A stretch of DNA of 64,000 bases from Candidatus Omnitrophota bacterium (GCA_043812495.1 JBDRMG010000064.1:2799-66798), one strand, 5' to 3'; positions 47,608 through 58,228 are shown, numbered from the stretch's first letter. Notes: a model not told the origin generated them from the letters alone. Program-made: numbers and translations.

Positions 47608-48624
47608 CTAATTATAAATACCAAAGGAACAAACGCAGTTGCGGCCTCTTTTTTTGGCTCGATAGAGCGCCCAATCGGCCTTATCGATGAGTTCGCTGGG
47701 CAATCGACCGTCGGCAGGTGTCGTGGCCGTTCCGATGCTGACGGTCGCCTTCACGATCGCATCATACGATTTTATAGTTGATTCTCCGACCGCTTGACGA
47801 ATACGTTCGGCGGCAAAGTGGGCCCCTTTATGATCCGTATCGGGTAACACAACGCAGAATTCTTCCCCGCCATAGCGGCCTAGAATATCAATTTCGCGAA
47901 CATTCTCTTTAATAAGTGCGGCAATTTCTTTCAAAATTTGATCACCCACCAGATGTCCGTACTTATCATTAAATCCTTTGAAGCGGTCAACATCAATGAT
48001 GAAAAACGATAATTCTGTTTTGCGATTGTTGGCACGTTTAATTTCCTCCTCAAAGCGATCCATAAAATAACGGCGGGTATGTGTTTGGGTCAAGCTATCG
48101 GTAATCGCCAACGCTTCAACTTCTTCGTAAAGCTTCACCCGGCGCAAGGCCATGGCAAATTGATGGCTGAGGATCAGGGCTTTTTCCTGATCCTTAGCCA
48201 ATAATCCCTTAAACGCAAGATAACCGAGTCTTTTGTTTTTCTCTTTGACTTCAAAAAGAAAATAATCCTCATTGGTTTTGACCGCTTCGTACTCCGGGGA
48301 ATGGATGTGAACAAATTGGCATTCCTGGACATCGACGCTTGCTTTCAATTGTTCCTGAAATACTTTGAAGGCTTGGAGCTCACTGTGCTGTGTTGTGATT
48401 TCTTGTGTCATTTCATAAAGAGTAAAAATCTCGCCGGCTTGTTTCTCGAGAGACTTTTTCTCCTCAATGATCCTCTCTTTCTGCCTCTGAATATGATCAA
48501 AATCTTTTTTGGCCTGCGTCACTCTTTTTACGGCTGTCTGCTCCCGCCCCTTCGCATAGAGTCGTCCCAGCCAAACATTAATCAGCACAAATAAAAGAAT
48601 GAGGAGTCCTGCTATAGGGTGCAT
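47608..48624 (-). CDS. Membrane-anchored diguanylate cyclase
   Basis: TDSLT, DVDRFK, RYGGEEF, RxxD I-site (REID). Confidence 0.92.
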   Translation of the reverse strand: MHPIAGLLILLFVLINVWLGRLYAKGREQTAVKRVTQAKKDFDHIQRQKERIIEEKKSLEKQAGEIFTLYEMTQEITTQHSELQAFKVFQEQLKASVDVQECQFVHIHSPEYEAVKTNEDYFLFEVKEKNKRLGYLAFKGLLAKDQEKALILSHQFAMALRRVKLYEEVEALAITDSLTQTHTRRYFMDRFEEEIKRANNRKTELSFFIIDVDRFKGFNDKYGHLVGDQILKEIAALIKENVREIDILGRYGGEEFCVVLPDTDHKGAHFAAERIRQAVGESTIKSYDAIVKATVSIGTATTPADGRLPSELIDKADWALYRAKKRGRNCVCSFGIYN

Positions 48625-49907
48625 ACTTTATTTCTTCCTTGACTCTTGGCGCTATACATGGCCTGGTCGGCCTTATGAATGACTTCTTCTTTAATCTGGG
48701 CATCATCCGGAAAAGACGCTACGCCAATCGAAACTGTAATATGCGTTTTTTGCTTACGTAAAATGATTTCCTGTTTGCTGATTTTCTTTCTCAAATCCTC
48801 GGCCATAGCCATCGCCTCAGGCTTGGAGCAATCCGGCAGGAGAACGGCAAACTCTTCGCCTCCATAACGGCAAACCAAGTGGCCGGGATTTTGGAAATTT
48901 TCTTGAAGAATTAAACCAATGGTTTTAAGAACAATATCACCGGCCATGTGCCCGTATTTGTCGTTGTAGAGTTTAAATTCATCGAGATCGATCATAAGAA
49001 AGGATAAAGGTTTTTTGCGACGCAATTGACGCGAGGTCTCTTCTCCTAATCGTTGTAGAAAATACCGTCGCAAATAAAGCCCCGTCAAGCTATCTTTGAT
49101 CGCGAGCTCCTCAACTCTTTCATAGAGTTGAGCATTTTCTAAAGCCACGGCCCCGAGATGACCGATGGTATTGAGCAGTCGTAAATCTTCCGTATGAAAA
49201 TAATTGTGCTCGGGATTATCGATACGCAAAATCCCTATGGGTTTGTTCTCGATCATGAGCGGTGCGCTGATAAGCGATTGGATTCTTCTTTGTTCCTCAT
49301 CAATGAATTTCTCTCCGTCAAAACGGAAATCGCTTCTAATATCCTCGATTAATAAAGGCTGCAAAGTTTTAAACACCCACTGATCATAGGCATCGCCCTT
49401 TTTTTGTTTTATGTTGATCTGCATCTGGCCTTTGTGTGAAGAAGATAGCGCTAGCTCCTTCGCATAAACATCAAAGAGATATAAAATCGCCGTGTTGTCT
49501 CCTCTGCCGAAGAATGGATTAATTTGGGATGTGATCGTACTGGAAGTATCCGAAAGCGAAAGGCACAAACTTAATTTCTCCGTTAAATCTTTCAGCTGAA
49601 GATAATTCTGGATTTTTTCCTGCCAGGCTTCGACGACAAATCGTTCATTGGCAATATCCGCCTGAAGAAGATTGGAGCGCTCGACAAAATCCTGACGCCT
49701 CAAGTCCACTTCGGTTTCCTTTTCGATCATGGAATAACGCAAAGCAAAAAAATAAACCAAAGTGATGAGTTGCATGAAAATAATAATCAGAAAAAAATCT
49801 GGATCGGTTCGGATGGAATAACGGAACGCCGCTATTAAAAAAGCAGCGTAAAATAGAAGAATCGAAAAGGCGGGATTAAATAATTGAGGGGTCGGGGAGT
49901 TTTTCAT
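48612..49907 (-). CDS. TM-GAF-GGDEF diguanylate cyclase
   Basis: 2 TM, GAF domain (SLISAPL), DLDEFK, RYGGEEF. Confidence 0.92.
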   Translation of the reverse strand: MKNSPTPQLFNPAFSILLFYAAFLIAAFRYSIRTDPDFFLIIIFMQLITLVYFFALRYSMIEKETEVDLRRQDFVERSNLLQADIANERFVVEAWQEKIQNYLQLKDLTEKLSLCLSLSDTSSTITSQINPFFGRGDNTAILYLFDVYAKELALSSSHKGQMQINIKQKKGDAYDQWVFKTLQPLLIEDIRSDFRFDGEKFIDEEQRRIQSLISAPLMIENKPIGILRIDNPEHNYFHTEDLRLLNTIGHLGAVALENAQLYERVEELAIKDSLTGLYLRRYFLQRLGEETSRQLRRKKPLSFLMIDLDEFKLYNDKYGHMAGDIVLKTIGLILQENFQNPGHLVCRYGGEEFAVLLPDCSKPEAMAMAEDLRKKISKQEIILRKQKTHITVSIGVASFPDDAQIKEEVIHKADQAMYSAKSQGRNKVCTL

Positions 49908-49918
49908 GCTTTCGACCC

Positions 49919-50274
49919 CTCATCCTGAGCGAAGCGAAGGATCTCTAAGCAAATCATCATAGAGATCTTTCCAATCTTTGTTCTTTGATTCTATTAATGT
50001 TATTTTTCTTTCCCGTTTCCAACCTTTAACTTGTCTTTCTCTATCCTTTGCTTTATCAATAGGTTCTAATATTTCATAATAAATTAGTCGATTAACACAA
50101 TACTTCTGTGCAAATCCTTTTTGATGCCCTTTTTGGTGTTCCTTAACTCGCTTTTTAAGATCTTTTGTTGAACCTGTGTATAAAACATTATTTCTTTTAT
50201 TTGTCAAAATGTAAAAATAACCTAATTGCCTATATCCATTTGAGATCCTTCCTCGCTTCGCTCGTCAGGATGAG
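49919..50274. mobile_element. GIY-YIG nuclease gene bounded by inverted REP-like palindromes
   Basis: CTCATCCTGAGCGAAGCGAAGGATCTC (49919-49945) and GAGATCCTTCCTCGCTTCGCTCGTCAGGATGAG (50242-50274). Confidence 0.7.
49920..50239 (-). CDS. GIY-YIG nuclease family protein (start apparently out of frame)
   Basis: GYFYILTN...LYTGSTKDLKKRVKEH...RERQVKGWKRERK; nearest ATG (50239) is one base out of frame. Confidence 0.8.
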
Positions 50275-50306
50275 CAGTCGTAGAGCTTAAAAAGCTCTCC
50301 GACTGC

Positions 50307-51410
50307 TCAAATAATTGTTTTTTCTGTATCTTTATCAAAGAAATGCACCTTGCCCATATCAAACACTAAGTCCATATCTCTATTGATTTCTGGCCGGTCG
50401 TGCGCTCCGACCCGGGCCATAAATTTATGTCGACCAGTATTTAGATACAAATAGACTTCGGATCCCATTGGCTCAACCACTTCGCATGTGGCTGTCACGG
50501 TGCATTCGGGAGAGGCTTCACTGACAAATAATTTATCATAAATATCTTCGGCTCTGATGCCAAAGGACACGTCTTTGCCTTCGTAGGGCGCCATCGTTTC
50601 AAACATTTCCTCAACCAATTTGACTTGGATTGTTCCTTCGTCAAAATAGTATTTGCGTTCTTTCTTAATAATGCGTCCGTCCATAAGATTAATGGGCGGT
50701 GAGCCGATAAACCCGGCTACGAATTTGTTGGCGGGTGAATCATACACGGTAATCGGGTCATCGCATTGTTGAATCTTTCCGCCCTGCATCACCGCAATGC
50801 GATCGCCCAACGTCATCGCTTCAATCTGATCATGAGTCACGTAGATAAAGGTCGTCTGCAGTCGCAGTCTCAATTGATGAATTTCGGTACGCATCTGTAC
50901 GCGTCTTTTGGCATCCAAATTGCTGAGTGGTTCATCGAACAAGAACACCAACGGTTTACGGACAATCGCTCGCCCCACGGCAACGCGCTGGCGCTCACCG
51001 CCGGAAAGCTCTTTGGGCCGGCGATCAAGCATTCCGTGAATGCCTAAGATGGAAGCCGCTTCATCGACCCGGCGAATAATCTCTGCTTTTGGGTAACGTC
51101 TTAATTTAAGGCCAAAAGCCATATTTTCAAAAACGGTCATATGCGGATACAAAGCGAAATTCTGAAACACCATAGCGATGTTGCGATCTTTGGCCGGGAT
51201 ATCGTTGACAATCCTCTCCGCAATCCAGATAGTCCCTTCGGTGACTTCCTCCAATCCCGCAATCATACGCAAAGTTGTTGACTTCCCGCAACCCGACGGA
51301 CCAACCAGGACAAGAAACTCCTTGTTCTCTATATTGAGATTGATGCCATCAACGGCCTTGAAACCGGGTTTATAGACCTTGCTAACGTTTTTTAAACTTA
51401 TTTGAGCCAT
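50307..51410 (-). CDS. Sugar ABC transporter ATP-binding protein (MalK/UgpC/MsmX family)
   Basis: GPSGCGKS, LSGGERQR, DEPLSNLD, TOBE C-terminus. Confidence 0.95.
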   Translation of the reverse strand: MAQISLKNVSKVYKPGFKAVDGINLNIENKEFLVLVGPSGCGKSTTLRMIAGLEEVTEGTIWIAERIVNDIPAKDRNIAMVFQNFALYPHMTVFENMAFGLKLRRYPKAEIIRRVDEAASILGIHGMLDRRPKELSGGERQRVAVGRAIVRKPLVFLFDEPLSNLDAKRRVQMRTEIHQLRLRLQTTFIYVTHDQIEAMTLGDRIAVMQGGKIQQCDDPITVYDSPANKFVAGFIGSPPINLMDGRIIKKERKYYFDEGTIQVKLVEEMFETMAPYEGKDVSFGIRAEDIYDKLFVSEASPECTVTATCEVVEPMGSEVYLYLNTGRHKFMARVGAHDRPEINRDMDLVFDMGKVHFFDKDTEKTII

Positions 51411-51441
51411 AACTAAGATAAATCCTTCATAGTTTCGAATG

Positions 51442-51648
51442 AGCTTTTATTCTCCTTCGCCGAATACCCTCTATCCCAACATCCTGTCGTGACTGAAGGA
51501 ACAAAGTCGAAGGAGAACCCTACGAAGCCAAAGGCGAAAGTTCTGCTTCGCAAAATATTTGTCATATTTTGCTTCGCAGAATTCTTCGAAGCTTCATGCG
51601 AAGAAGAACACTTTGGCGAAGTAGGGTATTCGGCTTCGAAGAATGAAC
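51442..51648. repeat. Nested CTTCG/CGAAG palindrome cluster
   Basis: Several nested inverted repeats; shares CTTTTATTCTCCTTCGCC with 33324. Confidence 0.75.
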
Positions 51649-51726
51649 ATACAATCAATTCACAAGATACTCTAGAGCATACTCCAGAGAGGTTCATTAT
51701 AACAAAATAAATCAACAGCGCGATTA

Positions 51727-52593
51727 TTATTGCGTGGCTGTTTTGGCTGATCCGCTCAGGGCATAATCCATAATATGGCTGATCGTTGGTTTTAGATCCT
51801 TGCGGTGAGTAATCATGTCGATTAATCCGTGAGCCAACAGAAATTCCGACCGCTGGAATCCTTCGGGTAATTTCTGGCGAATGGTTTGTTCGATCACACG
51901 CGGACCCGTAAAACCAATCAAAGCTTTTGGTTCGGCGATAATGACATCTCCAACCCCCGCAAAAGAAGCCATAACGCCGGCCATGGTCGGATTTGTCAAA
52001 AGAGAGATATACAAAAGTTTTTCTTCGTGATGACGGGCTAAGGCCGCGCATGTTTTGGCCATTTGCATTAGAGAAAAAATGCCTTCATACATACGGGCCC
52101 CGCCTCCGGAACCCGAAACGATCAATAAAGGTATTTTCTTTTCTGTCGCATGCTCAATAACGCGCGTTATTTTCTCACCAACCACCGATCCCATAGAACC
52201 CATGATAAAACGCGAATCGGTGACCGCAACGGCAATTTTTTTCCCATCGAGTTCTCCCGTTCCCGTAATCACCGCATCTTTGAGCCCGGTCAGCTTCTGA
52301 TCATGCTGGATTTTCTGTTTATAGGTTTTGGGGCCTTTAAAATCAAGTGGATCCGCCGTGGTCAGATTTCTGTCTCTTTCCTCAAATGTTCCCTCGTCAA
52401 TCAAAAGTCGGATCCGGTCTGAAGAGAACAGGGTCATGTGAAACTGACATTTGGGGCAAATATTGAAATTATCTATGAGGGTTTTGTTGTAGATAGGGGT
52501 TTGGCACTCCGGGCATTTCGTCCATAATCCCTCGGGGATATCTTTCTTGCGTATTTTGACTAAAGTATATTTTTGTTTACCAAAAAGAACCAT
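51727..52593 (-). CDS. accD: Acetyl-CoA carboxylase carboxyltransferase beta subunit
   Basis: LWTKCPEC..CPKC zinc finger, GSMGSVVGEK, GGGARM, GFQRSEFL. Confidence 0.96.
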   Translation of the reverse strand: MVLFGKQKYTLVKIRKKDIPEGLWTKCPECQTPIYNKTLIDNFNICPKCQFHMTLFSSDRIRLLIDEGTFEERDRNLTTADPLDFKGPKTYKQKIQHDQKLTGLKDAVITGTGELDGKKIAVAVTDSRFIMGSMGSVVGEKITRVIEHATEKKIPLLIVSGSGGGARMYEGIFSLMQMAKTCAALARHHEEKLLYISLLTNPTMAGVMASFAGVGDVIIAEPKALIGFTGPRVIEQTIRQKLPEGFQRSEFLLAHGLIDMITHRKDLKPTISHIMDYALSGSAKTATQ

Positions 52594-52608
52594 GGGAAAA
52601 GGGAAAGG

Positions 52609-53880
52609 TTATTTTGTATTCAACCGATAAATCGTCAGCCCGGATAAAACCTTCGGGTAAAAATAGGTTGTTTTGGGCGGCATGCGTTCGCCATTGAGGG
52701 CAATGGCCTTAAGCTCGGCAACCTTGACAGGATTCATGATAAAACACGCGTCGGCCTTTTGGGCATCCACCAGCCCTATGGCTTCATTGACATCTTTGAC
52801 ATAGATGATATCGTCGCTGCTGATGCGCAAAGGATCCAAGATGAAACATCGCAAAATTGTTGCATCCAATTGGCGAAAATCTGACGAACCTTCTTTAATG
52901 TGTTCATCAATCAAAAGACGGTTCTTGAGGCGCAGCAATTTGATTCCGTCTTTCGAATAAAATCCAATGGCACGCTCATTCTGACCTGCCTTGGCCAGAA
53001 GAATTTTTAGATCCTCTTTATTCTTAATTTTATCAATTCGGAAATAGTCTTCCAGGAAATCCAGTTTATTCCGCAACCGTTTGATGACCCGATGAATCGG
53101 CAAAATAGCCAAATCCCTGGAATCAAGGTTCGTAAAATACGTCAGGATAAAATTGCACGGCTCCTGGTCGTTCACTCTGGTTTTCTTGCCCAAGAGGGAG
53201 CGCCGTAACTCCATGGCGACCTCATAGCGATGATGGCCGTCGGCAATGAAAAAATGCTTGTCCATAAGGGCGTCTTTGATCTGGTTGATCAGGCGCGCGT
53301 CTTCGAGTCGCCAGAGGGTATGGTGAATGCCTTCGACATCCACAAGATCCATAAACGGTTCTGTCATGGCCACGTGCTCATGGAAGACATTCTCCACTTT
53401 TCTTTCTCGATCGGAGAATCCCACAAAAATCGGGCTGAGCTGAGCTTTGGTGTTGCGCCAAAGTCTTAAGCGATCCTCTTTGGCCTTCGCGTGAGTATTC
53501 TCATGTGGTAAAATTCTTGATTCCTCTTTGTCCTGCAAACGCATCAGCCCGATAAAACCGATACGTCGATATTTTTCTCCGCGAATCATGTATTCCTGTT
53601 TATAAAAATAAAGGCAGGGCTTGGCGTCTTCTTTGAGGATTCCTTTCTTAATCCATTCCTCGAAAATCTTTCTGGCCCGGGTGTATTTGTTATCATAACG
53701 GTCATCTTTAGCCTTCTCCTGGCCCAAGAGCACCCGGATAAAATTCATCGGATGAGCATTATGATATTGGGTTTGTTCGGCAGGTGAAATCACGTCATAC
53801 GGCGGGCAAACGACCTGCGAAAGATCATGGATCTTTTCTTTGTTATAACAAGTGGCTTTGAATGCTTTAATCTGTGTCAT
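52609..53880 (-). CDS. DUF1015 family protein
   Basis: PPYDVI, ILPHE, IADGHHRY, MPPKTTYFYPK. Confidence 0.92.
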   Translation of the reverse strand: MTQIKAFKATCYNKEKIHDLSQVVCPPYDVISPAEQTQYHNAHPMNFIRVLLGQEKAKDDRYDNKYTRARKIFEEWIKKGILKEDAKPCLYFYKQEYMIRGEKYRRIGFIGLMRLQDKEESRILPHENTHAKAKEDRLRLWRNTKAQLSPIFVGFSDRERKVENVFHEHVAMTEPFMDLVDVEGIHHTLWRLEDARLINQIKDALMDKHFFIADGHHRYEVAMELRRSLLGKKTRVNDQEPCNFILTYFTNLDSRDLAILPIHRVIKRLRNKLDFLEDYFRIDKIKNKEDLKILLAKAGQNERAIGFYSKDGIKLLRLKNRLLIDEHIKEGSSDFRQLDATILRCFILDPLRISSDDIIYVKDVNEAIGLVDAQKADACFIMNPVKVAELKAIALNGERMPPKTTYFYPKVLSGLTIYRLNTK

Positions 53881-54227
53881 GACTTAAATAATACCCCTCC
53901 CAGTAATCCTCCGAGACCATCGGCCAAAACATCGAACAGGCTTGCGTCTCGACCGATGACAAAAAGTTGATGGACTTCATCGCTCACCCCATAGAAAAGA
54001 CAAAATATCAAGGTTGTTAGAATAATTTTGTGCTGAGAATAGGCGCCGGGAGCTGAATGAAAAAGAGCCCGGGCAAATAAGAATCCCAAAACCGCATACT
54101 CTAAGATGTGCAAAAATTTATCAAACAGGGGCCATGGCGCGGGTGTCTTCACATTCGGCAAACCTGATACATAGAAAATAATACCAGAATAAAGGAGCAC
54201 AGGAAACCAAAATTTAAGAAATTTCAT
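53877..54227 (-). CDS. VanZ family protein
   Basis: DKFLHILEY, SDEVHQLFVIGR, DVLAD. Confidence 0.9.
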   Translation of the reverse strand: MKFLKFWFPVLLYSGIIFYVSGLPNVKTPAPWPLFDKFLHILEYAVLGFLFARALFHSAPGAYSQHKIILTTLIFCLFYGVSDEVHQLFVIGRDASLFDVLADGLGGLLGGVLFKS

Positions 54228-54274
54228 AGTCTAAGAAAAGGCCTTTTCGACCTTCCTCGTCAAAGATTTCTCGC

Positions 54275-54586
54275 TTACGAAGAATGCGGGCAAGAGGAAG
54301 AATGAGGACAGCCGGCGGACGTGGAGCATTGTGCCGGCTCGCCTTTTTGGGTCTTGTCTTTTTTGTCTTTATCTTTAGTCTCTTGCGGGCGAGAAGAAGA
54401 TTTCCTCTTATAATCTGTTTCGTAAAAGCCGCTTCCTTTAAAAATAATACCGGACCCTGTGCCGATGAGTCTTTGGAGCTTAGACTTTGCGCACTGAGGG
54501 CATTTCTTTAGCGCCGACTCCGTAATCGATTGCAGGATTTCAAACTGATGACCGCAGGATGAACATTCATATTCATAAGTTGGCAT
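54275..54586 (-). CDS. FmdB family zinc-ribbon protein
   Basis: MPTYEYECSSC...CPQC...FKGSGFYETDY. Confidence 0.92.
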   Translation of the reverse strand: MPTYEYECSSCGHQFEILQSITESALKKCPQCAKSKLQRLIGTGSGIIFKGSGFYETDYKRKSSSRPQETKDKDKKDKTQKGEPAQCSTSAGCPHSSSCPHSS

Positions 54587-54597
54587 ATTTCATTTCC

Positions 54598-55743
54598 TCA
54601 TTTAAAAACTTTTTTAATCTTTTCGGTCAAAGACTCGCTTTCGCTAATATCTTCGCCGCTTATTTGTGCATACTCTTCTAAAAGTTCCCGTTGTTTGGCC
54701 GACAAAGCCGTAGGAACCTGAATCATGACGCGGACGTATTGGTCACCGCCGGAACCACCGTGAAGACTTGGCATTCCTTTAGCCTTTAGGCGAAACATCT
54801 TATCGCTTTGCGTGCCGGCGGGAATTCTCATGGAGACATGGCCATTGAGCGTCGGAACTCGGACCTCAGCCCCCAAAGCCGCTTTGACAAAGCTCACGGG
54901 AAGTTCCATGTAGAGATCAACACCGTCGCGTTTAAAAGTTTTGTTCTCTTTAATATGAATATAGAGATAGAGGTCTCCTCGGCCGCCTTTGCCGACTTCT
55001 CCTTCGCCTCGGACTCTCAGTTGAGAATTATTATCCACGCCCGCGGGGAAATTAACCTCAATGTTGCGCGTCACGCGGAGGCGTCCCTGCCCCTGGCATT
55101 CAGTGCAAAACTGCGTAATGATCTGCCCTTCTCCCCGGCAATGAGGACAGGTTTGAGCCATTTGAAAAAATCCTGCTGATGTGACGATTTGTCCACGTCC
55201 GCCGCAGGATTGGCAGGTTTTCGTCTTTGTTCCGGGCTTAGCACCGCTTCCGCTGCAAGTCGAGCAATACTCATAGCGCGGAACTCTGATTTTCTTTTTA
55301 ACGCCAGAAAAAGCTTCTTCCAGGGTCAGGTCAACTTCATATTGAATATTGCGACCTTTTTGGCTTCGTCGGCCGCGTGAACGCGAAGAGCCGCCGCCAA
55401 AGGCGCTTCCAAAGAGATCTTCAAAAATTCCTCCGCCAAAACCAGAATCAGATAAACCCTCAAAAATACTGTTGAAATCAGCCCCGCGAAAGATATCCTC
55501 TGTTGTATAGCGCTGGTCAATGCCCGCATGACCGTATTGGTCATACATGGCGCGTTTTTGCGAATCAGACAAAACGCCATAAGCTTCGGAAATTTCCTTA
55601 AATTTTTCTTCCGCCTCTTTTTTCTTTTCGGCAGGAACGCGATCCGGATGATGAGATAAAGCCTGAGACCGGTACGCCTTCTTGATTTCTTCTAAGGTGG
55701 CGCTTTTCTGAACACCCAGGATTTCGTAGTAATCGCGTTTCAT
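54598..55743 (-). CDS. dnaJ: Chaperone DnaJ
   Basis: J domain HPD, G/F region, four CxxCxGxG repeats. Confidence 0.97.
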   Translation of the reverse strand: MKRDYYEILGVQKSATLEEIKKAYRSQALSHHPDRVPAEKKKEAEEKFKEISEAYGVLSDSQKRAMYDQYGHAGIDQRYTTEDIFRGADFNSIFEGLSDSGFGGGIFEDLFGSAFGGGSSRSRGRRSQKGRNIQYEVDLTLEEAFSGVKKKIRVPRYEYCSTCSGSGAKPGTKTKTCQSCGGRGQIVTSAGFFQMAQTCPHCRGEGQIITQFCTECQGQGRLRVTRNIEVNFPAGVDNNSQLRVRGEGEVGKGGRGDLYLYIHIKENKTFKRDGVDLYMELPVSFVKAALGAEVRVPTLNGHVSMRIPAGTQSDKMFRLKAKGMPSLHGGSGGDQYVRVMIQVPTALSAKQRELLEEYAQISGEDISESESLTEKIKKVFK

Positions 55744-55756
55744 TGTTTTAATTAAG

Positions 55757-55850
55757 ATTTAAACGCAGATCTTCGCAGATTGCACGCAGATGATCGCAGA
55801 TTAACATCTGCGAGAATCTGCGTTTGATCTGCGTTAATCTGCGTTCAAAT
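55757..55850. repeat. Gene-less palindromic CGCAGAT/ATCTGCG element between dnaK and dnaJ
   Basis: Four CGCAGAT followed by four ATCTGCG. Confidence 0.85.
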
Positions 55851-55855
55851 GCCTT

Positions 55856-57782
55856 TTAGCTCTTCTCATTCTCCGCCTTAAAATCCGCGTCAATGACGTC
55901 GTCTTTTCCTTTGTCTTTTGGCTGTTCTTGCGAAGAGGTCCCGCTTGGGCCCTCCTGGTCGCCTGTTTGCTGTTGAGATTGCTGACCGGCCTGTTGCTGC
56001 TGTGCGGAGGCCTTATAAATTTCTTCCGCCAATTTATGACTAGCCTTGGTCAAAGATTCCGACGTTGATTTTATCTTTTGGACGTCTTTGGATTTAATCG
56101 CCTCTTTCAAAGCGTTTAATTCCACTTCAATCGCTCCCCTGTCCTGGTTGGAAACCTTGTCGCCGTATTCTTTCAAGGATTTTTCCGTTGCATAGGCAAG
56201 GGCATTGGCCTGATTGACGACCTCAACCTCTTCTTTTTTCTTTTTGTCTTCTTCGGCGTATTGTTCGGCCTGCTTGACCATCTTCTGAATTTCTTCTTCG
56301 GACAGCTTTTTGGGCGCGGTAATTTTAATCGACTGCTCTTTACCTGTTCCCTTATCCTTGGCGGACACATGAACGATACCATCCGCGTCGATATCAAAGC
56401 CGACTTCGATTTGCGGAATCCCGCGCTGAGCAGGAGGCAGTCCCACTAAATCAAAACGACCGAGCTCGATGTTGTCATTGGCCATTTGTCTCTCGCCCTG
56501 AAGAACGCGAATCGTAACCGCCGGTTGATTATCCTCGGCGGTTGAAAAGATCTGGCTCTTTTTGGTGGGAATCGTCGTATTTCGTTCAATCAATTTCGTA
56601 AAGACTCCCCCAAGCGTTTCGATTCCTAAAGAAAGCGGCGTAACATCCAAAAGCAAGACTTCCTTAGCGTCTCCTTTGATGATCGACGCCTGAATCGCCG
56701 CGCCTAAAGCCACGCATTCCATAGGATCGATGCCGCGCTCAATTTTCTGGCCGATTTCCTTTTCCACAAAGGCCTGAACAATGGGCATGCGCGTCGGACC
56801 GCCGACAAGGATAATCCGATCAATCTTGATATCGCTACCGAGCTTGGCTGAGGCATCTTTGATGGCTTGCTTAATGGGACCGCGGCAGCGGTCGACGATC
56901 GATGCGATTAAACTTTCCAGCTTGGCTCGATCAATGTTCATGGTCAAATGCTTTGGACCGGAGGCATCAGCTGTGATAAAAGGCAGATTGATGTCCGTCG
57001 ATACGGTACTTGAAAGTTCAATCTTTGCTTTCTCGGCTCCTTCTCTTAATCGTTGAAAGGCCATTTTATCTTTGGAAAGATCGATGCCGTTTTCTTTCTT
57101 AAATTCATTCACAATGTGATCGATGAGCACATTATCCATGTCGGTGCCGCCTAGCTGCGTATCGCCGTTGGTGGATAAAACTTCGAATGTCGCGGCCTTA
57201 TGCGAGTCATCCCATCCCATTTCAAGGACGGTCACATCAAGGGTTCCGCCGCCAAAGTCAAAAACCATGATCTTTTGCTCTTTACCGGCTTTGTCCAAGC
57301 CATAGGCCAGGCAGGCTGCTGTGGGTTCATTGATAATGCGCAAAACCTTTAAGCCCGCGATCTCCCCTGCATCTTTCGTGGCCTGCCGTTGATTGTCATT
57401 GTAATACGCGGGGACCGTGACAACGGCTTCTTCGACTTTGTCGCCTAAGAATTTCTCGGCATCCGCTTTGATCTTTTGTAAAATAAACGCGCTGATTTGC
57501 TGCGGCGTAAATTCCTTGCCGCCGGCCTTGAATTTAAAATCGGTCCCCATTTTGCGTTTGGCGGCATAAATCGTATTTTTCCGAATTGATCGCCGCCTGG
57601 CGCCTGGCGGGTTCACCGACAAGACGCTGACCGTCTTTGGTAAAGGCCACAAAGGACGGAAATGCTTTACCGCTTGCGACACCCGCGCCTTCGGCGGATG
57701 GGATAATCGTCGGGCGACCGCCTTCCATGATAGCGGCCGCTGAATTGGAAGTTCCTAAATCAATACCGATGACTCGTGCCAT
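55856..57782 (-). CDS. dnaK: Chaperone DnaK with a one-base frameshift at about 57576-57580
   Basis: [11 protein letters not shown]...RQAAINSE in one frame continues as NTIYAAKRK...NEPTAA...DVTPLSLG in another; A5 run where A4 restores the frame. Confidence 0.93.
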
Positions 57783-57850
57783 AATTTTACCCTCCCTTGC
57801 AACCGCAGATATCGCAGATCTTAGATAGATCCGCAGATATCGCAGATGTT

Positions 57851-58228
57851 CTAGTAATTATTTACCATTCTCTTTATTTTTAATCTATTCTCTGCAAAAT
57901 TTAAAATTAAGCCAACTTTCTTACCCGTTGTTTTCAGATATGATAGCATCTGAGCGTAATGAATATTGCCTAACTCTGAAACACTCTTTAGCTCAATTAT
58001 TACTTCATCTTCAACTAAAAAATCTACTCGCTGGTAACCTAATTCTACTGTTTTATAATTAACCTTGATTTCTGCTTGTTCCTCAAATCTAATCTTATTT
58101 TTCTGAAATTCATAGGCCATTGCTTTCTCATAAATTTTTTCAACAAAACCTGGGCCTAAATTATTGTGTATCTCAATGCCTATTCCAATTATTTTCTCGG
58201 TTAATTTATCAAGTTCATTTCTGTTCAT
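57851..58228 (-). CDS. GxxExxY protein (PD-(D/E)XK nuclease-like)
   Basis: [35 protein letters not shown]; AT-rich. Confidence 0.93.
   Translation of the reverse strand: MNRNELDKLTEKIIGIGIEIHNNLGPGFVEKIYEKAMAYEFQKNKIRFEEQAEIKVNYKTVELGYQRVDFLVEDEVIIELKSVSELGNIHYAQMLSYLKTTGKKVGLILNFAENRLKIKRMVNNY

Noticed and set aside
51413-52051. 212-aa and 73-aa ORFs across the accD 3' end and spacer
   Set aside because: They overlap accD or run through nested palindromes, with no recognisable motif.
53877-54227. Glycopeptide resistance
   Set aside because: Stand-alone VanZ-like proteins are widespread and no van cluster is present.
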